Assembly (NCBI GenBank): GCA_963815195.1
Contig: CAWFGE010000010.1
Coordinates: 1-64,000 of the forward strand
Length of the DNA: 64,000 bases
From: an uncultured Planctomycetaceae bacterium
Lineage (GTDB): Bacteria > Planctomycetota > Planctomycetia > Planctomycetales > Planctomycetaceae
Direction of reading: 5' to 3'
In this document: positions 55,086 through 64,000 of the stretch, piece by piece
Layout of the letters: each line of letters opens with the position of its first letter
Position numbering within the stretch: position 1 is the first letter of the stretch
Notes under the pieces: generated by a model
The model's database searches: none
Seen by the model: only the letters and a program-made list of their open reading frames with translations
Told to the model about the DNA's origin: nothing
Program-made: the position numbers and the translations under genes

Positions 55086-55801
55086 CCAGGTTCAGGGAGG
55101 TTTCGGAACCGTTTTCGAAAGATGACGATCGCTCCCGCCAGGCCGACGCCCAAGAGCAGAAGCGACGCGGGTTCCGGGTTGGCGATCACCGGGGCATCAT
55201 CGGGGGGATCGACGAGGCCGGAAACAACCGAATACGCCGAGAGAGGTTCCATAGGCGGCGTGACCATCGCTTCGTAAAAGCTTCCCGAAAAGGTTTGCGG
55301 TGCCGGAACATTCGGGCCGTCAAAGGTGACATCGAACCGAGCGCCGGCGAAATCCCGGCCCAGGACGTGCATCCGCTCGACGTCGCCGTTTCCGACCATC
55401 TTGTCCACATCGATTGCGAAGCTGAAGGTTTCACCGGGATTAAAGTTTGTGAAGTTCAAAGTAAGAAGTTGCGAGCCGTCGAAGCTGGATCCAAAAGGCG
55501 TCGGCGCGGAAAACGTGCCCCCAGCGGGCATCGTCAGCACCTGAAAGTCACTGCTGGGATTGGTGCCAGCGCCGTTGCTGGCCGTGTCAAACAGCAAATC
55601 GCTGGGCAATTGGATGGAAATCCCGGTGATACCGATTCCCGAGTCAATCGCCGAAGTATTCGTGATCGTGAATAGATCGCCGGTCCTGTCGGCACCTTGT
55701 GTTTCCATAAATGTGGCGAATGCGCCAACAGAAACGAACCCGGCCCGCGCACTGCTGCACGCCAACAAGGCAGCTAACATCAAAATCCAGACGTGTTGCA
55801 T
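55082..55801 (-). CDS. PEP-CTERM sorting-domain protein
   Basis: Signal peptide; C-terminal NPEPASLLLLGVGLAGAIVIFRKRFR. Confidence 0.9.
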   Translation of the reverse strand: MQHVWILMLAALLACSSARAGFVSVGAFATFMETQGADRTGDLFTITNTSAIDSGIGITGISIQLPSDLLFDTASNGAGTNPSSDFQVLTMPAGGTFSAPTPFGSSFDGSQLLTLNFTNFNPGETFSFAIDVDKMVGNGDVERMHVLGRDFAGARFDVTFDGPNVPAPQTFSGSFYEAMVTPPMEPLSAYSVVSGLVDPPDDAPVIANPEPASLLLLGVGLAGAIVIFRKRFRNLPEPG

Positions 55802-56242
55802 AAACGTGTCCTAAAGTGCATTCGCTTGGTGATCCCACTCTGTGGGAAGAGGTTCTCTATCTCGCCTGCATTTTCTGAATTTGGCAGATTCGACATATTA
55901 TGCCGATGGGTCGATTCCAATGTAATCGGAAAAAAGTGGATAATTGTCTAAGTGTTTTTACTATTATCCCTAGGGGTGGTCGGGATTTTTTATCTGTAAA
56001 TGTGTATTTTTCGGGCCTCGACTGAGCAATTTTCCCGACGTTCGGTTGAGGAGGAACTCCCCGGCAATACCGTGTGGATTGTGTTTCCAAGGGAGGGCAA
56101 CTCTGGCTCAGTAAGTACGGGGTCAAGGTTCCTCATTTTGCTAAACCGGACGCGTTTTTACTGTTCAAGATTCAATCTCAGGTTAGAATAAATGGGGTTT
56201 CAGATTCGCATTTGATCCATTCTCTTTTGAGGGAACAGCGAC

Positions 56243-58995
56243 ATGTCGGAAGCTCACATGTTATGCCCGGCTTGTGAGACGCGGATTCGGTTTCCCTCCG
56301 GACTGCCCGACCGGGATTGGATTGAATGCCCGCGTTGCGGCGAAGAAATCCCGCTCAGCCGTCCTTCGCGTTCCGTCAGGCCGGCTCCGGGACGTGCCGC
56401 GCGGAGAGACCGCGACGTGGATGACTTCGAATCCCCGCCGCGCACCCGAAGAGAAAGCCCCGCTCGCCGGCGGCCGGAGGCCGCGCGGTCCGAACGGCCG
56501 CGCGAACGGCGCTCGAAGTCCGAAGGCGGCTCGGCCGGGCTGTGGATCGGTTTGATTGGCGGGGCCGTCGGCGTGTTGGGATTGATCCTGGGCGTGATCT
56601 TCTTTGTCAGCTCCGGCAAAGACGAAGCCGCCCCCGCGGGCAGGCCCGATCAAATCGCCGGCGCCGCCGAAAAAAACCCGGCCATCGACAACGGCAATCC
56701 TGCCAATCCCGTGCAGCCGTTCGCTGCCAATTTTGCTCCCAACGGACCGAATGCTGCTCCCGTCGCCGGCGGCGATCCGACTCCGACAATGGGGCCGGGG
56801 CCTGATGGAATTATCCCCGCCCCGCCCGCCGCGGGCCATCAGAATCCCGTCGCGGGCGCCGCGAACACCTTGAAATACGGCTGGAAACCCGGGCAGCAAT
56901 TCGCCTACCGCACGACCGTCAAGGCGGAAGTCGGAGACGAGTTCAGCGAGGTTCACGGCTTGAGCCGCTATAAAGTCGTCGCCCGCGACGCCGCGCTTGC
57001 ACGGCTGGCCGAGGAAGATGACGAGGGAGAAAAGCAGGGCTCGGGCACCGGGTTCGTGGTGCATCACGACGGCTACATCATCACCTGCGCCCACGTTGTC
57101 GATGATGCCGACAAAATCGAAGTCGAACTCGGCAACCGGAAATACGCGGCCCGCGTCATCGACATTAACAGCCAGCGGGACGTGGCGCTCATCCGCATCG
57201 CCGCCCGCAATCTGCCCGTGCTGCCGTTGAGCGATTCGTCGCGAATTGAACTTGCGCAGCCGGTGCGGGTCGTGGGCTTTCCGCTGTCCGACGTTCTGGG
57301 CACGAGCATCAAGATCACCCAAGGCAGCGTGGCGGGCTTCATCGACCGCAAAACCGGGCGGATGATCCAAGTCGATGCCAGCATCAACCCCGGCAACAGC
57401 GGCGGTCCCTTGGTGAACGATCGCGGCGAAGTCATCGGCGTGGCGAGTGCTATCTATGTTGGTTCGGAGATTTCCGACGTCGGTCTCGCGGTCCCGGCCA
57501 ACGAAGTGGCCGCCCTGATGCAAAAACACAACATCGCCCCCCTCGCGCAAGGGGCCGCGGCCCGGCTGGAAGGGCCGGAACTCGCCCGGCGGGTCACGCC
57601 GTCGGTGGCCTTTTTGAAAGTCACCGTGGGTTCCGAGAAGAAAAACAGCCAGGTCCTGGAATACTCCAGTTCGCACACGACGAGCAAACGGCGAAAAGAC
57701 GGCCGGCCCATCATCGGCGCATCGGCCAATGGGTCGGCATCGGACCGCGGCCGGATGATGGTGGACGACTTCGGCAGCATTCTGTTCGCCGAGAGCTCCC
57801 AGGACAATCTGCCCTACGGACTGGGGCCGCTATCGCACCTCGCGATCGAGCCTTTGTCTCCCCAGGGGGAATCGTCCTGGGCCACGCAGCGGTTGACGAC
57901 CATCACCCACGTCCAGCGCGATCAATCCCGGTACGATCCGTTCTCCCGCTTCGGTCCCAGTTCGTCGTTTCGGTCGCGTGCCCGCTCCCGGTTCGCAGGA
58001 CCCGCGGAGCATTCCGCGTCCGCCCAGCCCGTTCGATCGGGGCGGCAGCGAGGTGAAAAAAGTCTATCTCGCGATGGAAATCGCCGCCTACGAACTGGCG
58101 GAAACCAATCCCCAAACCCAGGTCATCAACAAACACTACGATTTCCGCACCGTCGACGATCCCGACCGGCCGCATTTGCGTCTGTTTGGCGATGGGAGCA
58201 TTCGCTTCGACCGCGGCAGCCTGCTCTGCGACCAGATCAGCTTTCGCTTGAGCCTCCAACTCCGCGCCGACGATGGGTCTTCGGTGCAAGTGCCCGTCGA
58301 GGTTCTCTGCGAACGGCTCACCGATCAGGAACTCGAGGATTTCAACCGCCGCACCGCCGACCTCGTCAAAAAGTCCCAGCAGCAAGCCGAAGCCCGGGCG
58401 GCAATGACGATCGACGACCATATCGCCGCGATCACGGATCCCAAGACACCCACTTCGGACAAGTCCTATTCTCTATCGCGGCTCAAAACCATGGCCCCCG
58501 ACGGCCAAGAAGCGCACTGCGGTCTTGGCCGCCGTCAAACCGAACCTCGACAGCAAGGACGTTTCGGTCCGAAACGGCTCGATCGACGTCTTCGGACACT
58601 GGGCGACTGAGGCGGAGGCACAAACCTTGATCGACCTGTTGACCCACGCGGACGCCAGCGTTCGATTTTCCGTCATTCGCGCCTTGGGAAACCTTGGCGG
58701 AGCCAAGGCGGTCGAAGCCCTCGCCGGGCGGTTGACCGTTTCGCCCGACGGCGGCATGGCGTCGTCGGCCCTGCAAAAGATGGGAGACATCGTCGAGGAA
58801 CCGGCCTTGAAATTGATCGACCACCCCGACGAGCGGGTGCGGTATCAAGTCTACCGGATTCTCGGTAAAGTCGGGGGAGCGAAAAGTTTTGCGGCCCTCA
58901 AAAAGAAAGCCCAGACCGAGCCGAACATCGCATACCGCTCGATCGCCAATTCCGCCATGCAGGACATCCAACGCCGCGTGAAGACCCTGAATTGA
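56243..58995 (+). CDS. Membrane-anchored trypsin-like (S1C) serine protease with N-terminal Zn ribbon and C-terminal HEAT repeats; frameshifts near 57975 and 58503
   Basis: CPAC...CPRC, TM helix, GSGTGF, TCAHVV, DVAL, INPGNSGGPL; continues through ORFs 57978 and 58525. Confidence 0.85.
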
Positions 58996-59100
58996 CCCAT
59001 CGCAAGCCCCGGCAGAACGTAGCGCAGGCCGCCGCCCAGTTCGAAAAGAAGGCAGGCGGGAGCCGAATGCTGGTGGGCGTCGCGTCGAAAGGACTGCTCT

Positions 59101-60666
59101 ATGACAAACTTGCTGATGTCGCGTTCGGAAGCGGATGGCGTTACGTTCGATTTGGCGGACGTTGAGCCGGCCGCGGAAGCCTTGCCCACCGTAAAGACAC
59201 ATAAGGCGGCGCAGTCCCTCATCGGCGGGGTGATCGAAGCGTGCTCGGACTACACGGCCGATTGTTGCGAAGACATCACAACCAATCCGCTGGTGACGGC
59301 CGTTCAACTCGCCTACAACCAGCACCGGCCTTTAATTCTGTCTCCGGACATGATCTGGCTCACGATCCTCCAGGGCGTCAGCGCTCACGTGGAGCAACAT
59401 GCGGACGAACTCTCGATCAAGTTGCTCAGAAACCCTGACGAGCGCAGGGCGGTCCTCGTCTCCACGAGCGATTTACCGCCCGGTTCTCCCGAGAACCCCT
59501 GGGGCGACTTGATCAACGAGAGTGCTACGGACGTCGAGAGCATTCTCACGCCGCGTGCCGCCAGCTTATACTCGCTGCAGTTTTCGACATCGACACAGGC
59601 CGATCGGATCGCGAAGAATCTGGCCATGCTTTCGGGGATGCGAAAGTTCATGTCGTTTCTCGATGGTTGGGCCATCTGTGGGATCCCCTCCCTCACGCTT
59701 GAGGGTCGTCCCGACGACTGGGAGCAACTTCGACGCTCGCTCGATTTGCTTGATGACCTCGGGCTGGACTGGTGGCTGAAGCGGTTGCGCCCCCGGTGCG
59801 CTGAGTTCGTCCGTGCCGCAGAAGGGAAACCGAATCTCGACCACTGGAGTCGGATCTATACAGCGACCGAAGCAATGTGCGGTAACGAGTGGGTGAGCGG
59901 CTGGATCGCCGACTTCTTTCCGTACATGAAACGCTGTGCCATCGGGTTGCCTAGAAATCCATCCTACGAAAAGGGCAGTGGTCTGGATCCGATCTTGACG
60001 GACTTGCCAAGCGGTTTGGCGGAGGTTCCCTTCCGATGTCGGCGCGGGACGATCATGCGGTTGCTGGGCGGCTTTTTGGGAATCGAGCAAAAAGCGGATT
60101 CGCTTGCGCTTCGCCCTCGAATTGGATGGGCGGTGCGTCGTCAGACGTCCTTCGAGGCTTTGTTGGATCGCGTGGCCGAGTCCGATCGCTGCCAATTTGC
60201 GTCCGGCGCCTTTGAGGGAAGTCCGCTGCTGAGCACCCCAAAACTGAAACAATTCTTTGCGCGTTTCGACGGCTTAGAGGTGCGATCAACAGAAGGTCGC
60301 CTGCTGTGCGAATTTGAATCGATCGAAGAAGTCCACGAAGTCTGCCGCCAACAACCGGGGTCCGATTTGCGCCCGCTCATTTTCAACTGTTTCGCCAGGC
60401 TTCCGGATGGCCGCTCCCTTGGATGCAGGTCCATTTACTCTGAAGCGGACGAACGGTTTGCATTTTTCCTGGCGGATCAGCGCGTCCTCGAACCGCAGGG
60501 ACAGTGCCAATTGATCTCGAATGATTTCGAGCAGGTGTTGACGTGGATCATGGAATGCGAGGACGGCACGCTCGACAAGGCGCCTTCATTCCACCCGATC
60601 GCAACGGTCGATCCGCGCGACGAGGCGATCTACGATTTGCTTGCGCCACTGGGCCGTCCAGATTGA
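59101..60666 (+). CDS. DUF4419 domain protein with C-terminal extension
   Basis: AYNQHRPLILSPDMIWLTILQG, FSTST, CGIPSLTLEG..DDW, SGWI..FFP. Confidence 0.85.
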   Translation: MTNLLMSRSEADGVTFDLADVEPAAEALPTVKTHKAAQSLIGGVIEACSDYTADCCEDITTNPLVTAVQLAYNQHRPLILSPDMIWLTILQGVSAHVEQHADELSIKLLRNPDERRAVLVSTSDLPPGSPENPWGDLINESATDVESILTPRAASLYSLQFSTSTQADRIAKNLAMLSGMRKFMSFLDGWAICGIPSLTLEGRPDDWEQLRRSLDLLDDLGLDWWLKRLRPRCAEFVRAAEGKPNLDHWSRIYTATEAMCGNEWVSGWIADFFPYMKRCAIGLPRNPSYEKGSGLDPILTDLPSGLAEVPFRCRRGTIMRLLGGFLGIEQKADSLALRPRIGWAVRRQTSFEALLDRVAESDRCQFASGAFEGSPLLSTPKLKQFFARFDGLEVRSTEGRLLCEFESIEEVHEVCRQQPGSDLRPLIFNCFARLPDGRSLGCRSIYSEADERFAFFLADQRVLEPQGQCQLISNDFEQVLTWIMECEDGTLDKAPSFHPIATVDPRDEAIYDLLAPLGRPD

Positions 60667-60970
60667 ATCCACACCGGCCCGTCTTTCACGACCAGAGATA
60701 ATGAAACCTACGATAATTACGAGGAGTCAAACGAATTCCTTTTTTTGGTTCCCCAGGCGCGAGGAAGATGATTCTCAAAAAACAATACCAAGACGACAGC
60801 GACGCGACGATTGTTTCCATCAGTAGCTGTAGGGCCGGATGTGGCGGGCTTTGAAAATCAAACGACAATCTTGGTCGCCACAGGCCTTTGCGAATCACAC
60901 GACAATTCAGGCCGGCACAGCCGGCCCTACTCGGCTCTTAGCATGCCGAAGATGCTGGAAGATCAACGTA

Positions 60971-62108
60971 ATGCCGAAGAAACTGCCGAAAGAGAAATCC
61001 GGGGTGGTGAAGTATCACACCGGAAAATTCCCGCCGAAGGAGATTGACTGGTCGCGGCTGGTGCCGTTGATCGGCCCGGCAAACGCCGCGTTGGCGCGGT
61101 ACGACGGTTTGCTGTCGGCCATTCCCAATGCCAACATTTTGCTCTCGCCGTTGACGACGCAGGAAGCCGTTCTCTCGTCGCGGATCGAAGGGACACAGGC
61201 GACGATGGGCGAAGTGTTGGAATACCAAGCGGGGAAGGAAGCGGTTGATCCCGCGAAAGAGGCGGACATTCAAGAGGTCTTGAACTACCGCAAAGGGATG
61301 CGCAAGCCGTCGAAGCGCTCGACAAATTGCCGTTGTGCGGGCGGGTCATTATGCAGGCGCATGCCATATTGCTATCGGGCGTGCGCGGCCACGACAAAGC
61401 GCGGGGCAAATATCGAACGATTCAGAATTACATCGGCAAGCCGGGGCGTCCGATTGAGGAAGCGCGGTTCGTCCCGATTGCCCCGGAGAAGATTCCCGAT
61501 GCGATGAGCCGTTGGGAAAAGTACCTGCACTCGACCCAGCCGGACGCATTGGTTCAATTGGCTATCGTCCATGCCGAGTTCGAGTCCCTGCATCCGTTTC
61601 TCGACGGCAACGGTCGCGTGGGGCGGATGCTGGTTCCGCTGTTCCTGTTCGAGCGGAAGCTATTGCATACGCCGAATTTCTACGTCAGCGAGTATCTGGA
61701 ACGAAACCGCCAGGAATACTACGACGGTTTGCTGTCCGTCTCGGAAAGTGACGATTGGACGGGTTGGTGCGAGTTTTTTCTGGCGGCGATGACGGAACAG
61801 GCTGTGAAGAACGAGCAGAAAGCCCGGCAGATTCTCGATTTGTACTCGGCGAGGAAAGAACAGGTCGTGCAAGCGACGCGCTCGCAGCATTCGATTGCCG
61901 CTCTGGATTTTCTGTTCGACCAGCCGATTTTCAACTCCTCAGACTTTATCAAGTCGTCCGGGATTTCCGCTCCGTCGGCGCGGCGGATTCTGCGCAGCTT
62001 TCCGATTGCGGGATGTTACGAACGATGCGAGAAGCGAAGGGGGCGCGGTCAGCGGTGTTCGGTTTTCCCGAATTGCTCAACATTGCGGAGGGACGCAAGG
62101 TTTTTTGA
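60971..62108 (+). CDS. Fic-family protein (class II-like) with probable C-terminal winged helix; frameshifts near 61300 and 61993
   Basis: SSRIEGT inhibitory motif, HPFLDGNGRVGR Fic motif, C-terminal ...GISAPSARRIL..L...G.L. Confidence 0.9.
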
Positions 62109-62117
62109 CGATCACGG

Positions 62118-62365
62118 GTGATCGACGAAGCAATTTGCCGATCACAAGAACTAAATTATGATCGACAAATTGCTTTGTGGATCACCGGTGATCGGCAAAC
62201 GGTTTTGCCGATCACGAAACGAGAGTTGGGTCCGACAAACGGCGTTGTCGGCCACGATGCAAGAGATTTGGCCGCCAAATGAAATTGGCGGACACAGATG
62301 GCCGACAAATAAAATTGCGGGCCATGAAATGGCGGATCTGGCCGACAACACTGGATTGGCAGATT
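62118..62365. repeat. Array of seven imperfect 28-bp palindromes separated by 12- or 2-bp spacers
   Basis: Units start at 62118, 62158, 62188, 62228, 62268, 62298, 62338; best unit GTGATCGGCAAA-CGGT-TTTGCCGATCAC. Confidence 0.8.
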
Positions 62366-62455
62366 GGTGATTGGTAGTGAGTAAGGCGGGCTGTGCCGGC
62401 CTTTTCAGAACATACGACAATTCTGGCCGGCATCGGCACTACGAGGAATCTAAAA

Positions 62456-63877
62456 ATGTCTCCCTTGCCACGACAACACATTACTTATCCCGCCACCCGG
62501 CGCGAGTTTCTGGAAACCAGCGGGCTGGGTTTCGGGGCTTTGGCTTTGTCTTGGATGATGCAGGAGGACGCCGGGGCGGCGAAGGCGCGGCCGCTGGCGC
62601 ATTTTTTGCCGCGGGCGAAGAGTGTGATCTGGTGCTTTATGGAAGGGGGGCCGAGCCATTTGGATTTGGTGGACCCCAAGCCGCTACTCGATAAATTGGC
62701 GGGGCAGCCGTTGCCGGCGAGCTTCAAGGAGCCCATCACGGCGATGGGCGAAAAGGGGGCGCCGCTGCTGAAGGCGCCGCGGACGTGGACCCGGCACGGC
62801 GAATCGGGGCTGTGGGCTTCGGAGTGGATTCCGCACATCGCGAGCTGCATGGACGACATCGCCGTCATCCGCTCCTGCCATACCAACGGCATCAACCACG
62901 CGGGCGGCGTCTGCCAGATGAATACCTGCATCAACGTCGCCGGGCGGCCGTCGTTGGGGGCGTGGGTCAACTTCGGCTTAGGCTCGGCCAATCAAAACTT
63001 GCCTTCGTTCGTCGTGATGTGCGACAGCTCCGGCCGGCCCGTCAACGGCCCCCGCAACTGGGGCAGCGGCTTCATGCCCGCGAGCTATCAGGGCGTCCGC
63101 ATCGAAGGTGCCAGCGACGAACCGATTGCGAACCTCAACCCGCCCAAGGGTTATTCGGACAGGCAGCAGCGGGAGAAGCTTTCGCTCCTGCAAAAGTTCA
63201 ACCGCGAGCACGCCCAGACCCGCCGGCAGCAAACCGAACTCGACGCCCGCATCGAGAGCTACGAACTCGCCTTCCGCATGCAGGCCCAGGCCCCGGAAGC
63301 CGTCGATCTGTCCCAGGAAACCGACGCTACGCAAAAACTTTACGGCCTCGACCAGAAAGAGACGAAAGTCTTCGGCCGAAATTGTCTCCTGGCCCGCCGG
63401 TTGGTCGAGCGGGGCGTGCGGTTCATCCAGCTTTACAGCGGCACCGGCAGCAAATGGGACGCCCACACCGGCATCGAAAAAAATCATTCGGGCCTTTGTA
63501 AATCGATGGACCAGCCGGTGGCGGGGTTGCTCAAAGACCTCAAGCAGCGCGGGCTCTTGGAGGAGACCCTCGTGATTTGGGGCGGCGAGTTCGGGCGGAC
63601 TCCGATGAGCGAAAAAGGCGACGGCCGCGACCATAACCCCACCGGCTTTTCGATCTGGATGGCCGGCGGCGGCGTCAAAGGCGGCCAGACGATCGGGGCC
63701 ACCGATGAATTGGGCCTTTATGCGGTCGAGGACAAAATGCACGTCCGCGACATCCACGCCTCGATCCTGGGCCTGTTGGGTCTCGACAACATGAAGCTGA
63801 CCTACAACCACAAAGGCCGCCCCGAACGCCCCACGATCAACGAAGGCAGTTTTAACCGGAAGTTGATTGGGACATAG
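62456..63877 (+). CDS. DUF1501 domain protein
   Basis: TRREFL leader; [44 protein letters not shown]. Confidence 0.93.
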   Translation: MSPLPRQHITYPATRREFLETSGLGFGALALSWMMQEDAGAAKARPLAHFLPRAKSVIWCFMEGGPSHLDLVDPKPLLDKLAGQPLPASFKEPITAMGEKGAPLLKAPRTWTRHGESGLWASEWIPHIASCMDDIAVIRSCHTNGINHAGGVCQMNTCINVAGRPSLGAWVNFGLGSANQNLPSFVVMCDSSGRPVNGPRNWGSGFMPASYQGVRIEGASDEPIANLNPPKGYSDRQQREKLSLLQKFNREHAQTRRQQTELDARIESYELAFRMQAQAPEAVDLSQETDATQKLYGLDQKETKVFGRNCLLARRLVERGVRFIQLYSGTGSKWDAHTGIEKNHSGLCKSMDQPVAGLLKDLKQRGLLEETLVIWGGEFGRTPMSEKGDGRDHNPTGFSIWMAGGGVKGGQTIGATDELGLYAVEDKMHVRDIHASILGLLGLDNMKLTYNHKGRPERPTINEGSFNRKLIGT

Positions 63878-63932
63878 ATTTGTGAGCTGAAGACGATCTA
63901 ACGATTTCGAGTTAACTTAATGGAATTGCTCC

Positions 63933-64000
63933 ATGGATTTCGTCAATTGCCCGCACTGCAATGCAAAGGTTCGGCCGGAGCGAATAGAGAAACATATAAG
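63933..64000 (+). CDS. Start of a possible zinc-finger protein (runs off the window)
   Basis: MDFVNCPHCNAKVRPERIEKHI, a C2H-type pattern. Confidence 0.45.
   Translation, partial: MDFVNCPHCNAKVRPERIEKHI

Noticed and set aside
62118..62365. CRISPR array
   Set aside because: Repeats are degenerate, spacers are only 2 or 12 bp, and no cas genes are present in the window

Overview
GC-rich bacterial DNA with strong Planctomycetota hallmarks: DUF1501 genes, sulfatases, a PVC-type heme CxxCH protein, LEPR-XLL-type giant secreted proteins and a PEP-CTERM protein. The window splits at a minus-strand tRNA-Val(CAC) gene (31629-31702). To its left (1-31.6 kb) is an accessory, island-like region. It holds (i) an operon of small genes including a ubiquitin-like beta-grasp protein, whose first gene is split by a complete group IIA intron (1979-4402; splicing restores the frame); (ii) a ~2580-aa Calx-beta/Ig-repeat protein with a C-terminal HExxH metallopeptidase, followed by a WD40 lipoprotein; (iii) an IS66 inserted into a near-identical IS66; (iv) several gene remnants; (v) a three-gene Mrr-like nuclease + sensor-less histidine kinase + stand-alone receiver module; and (vi) a Lys-rich putative DNA-binding protein facing an unannotated 41-aa paralog of its own C-terminal helix. 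To the right are mostly ordinary planctomycete genes (FG-GAP protein, SixA, DUF1501, TIM-barrel isomerase, S8 peptidase, sulfatases, DUF72, protease) and REP-like palindromes. There is also a Fic gene followed by a helically phased array of seven 28-bp palindromes. Many single-gene frameshifts fall at GCGC sites, which suggests methylation-linked sequencing errors rather than true pseudogenes. Family assignments come from motif recognition only; no database searches were run.
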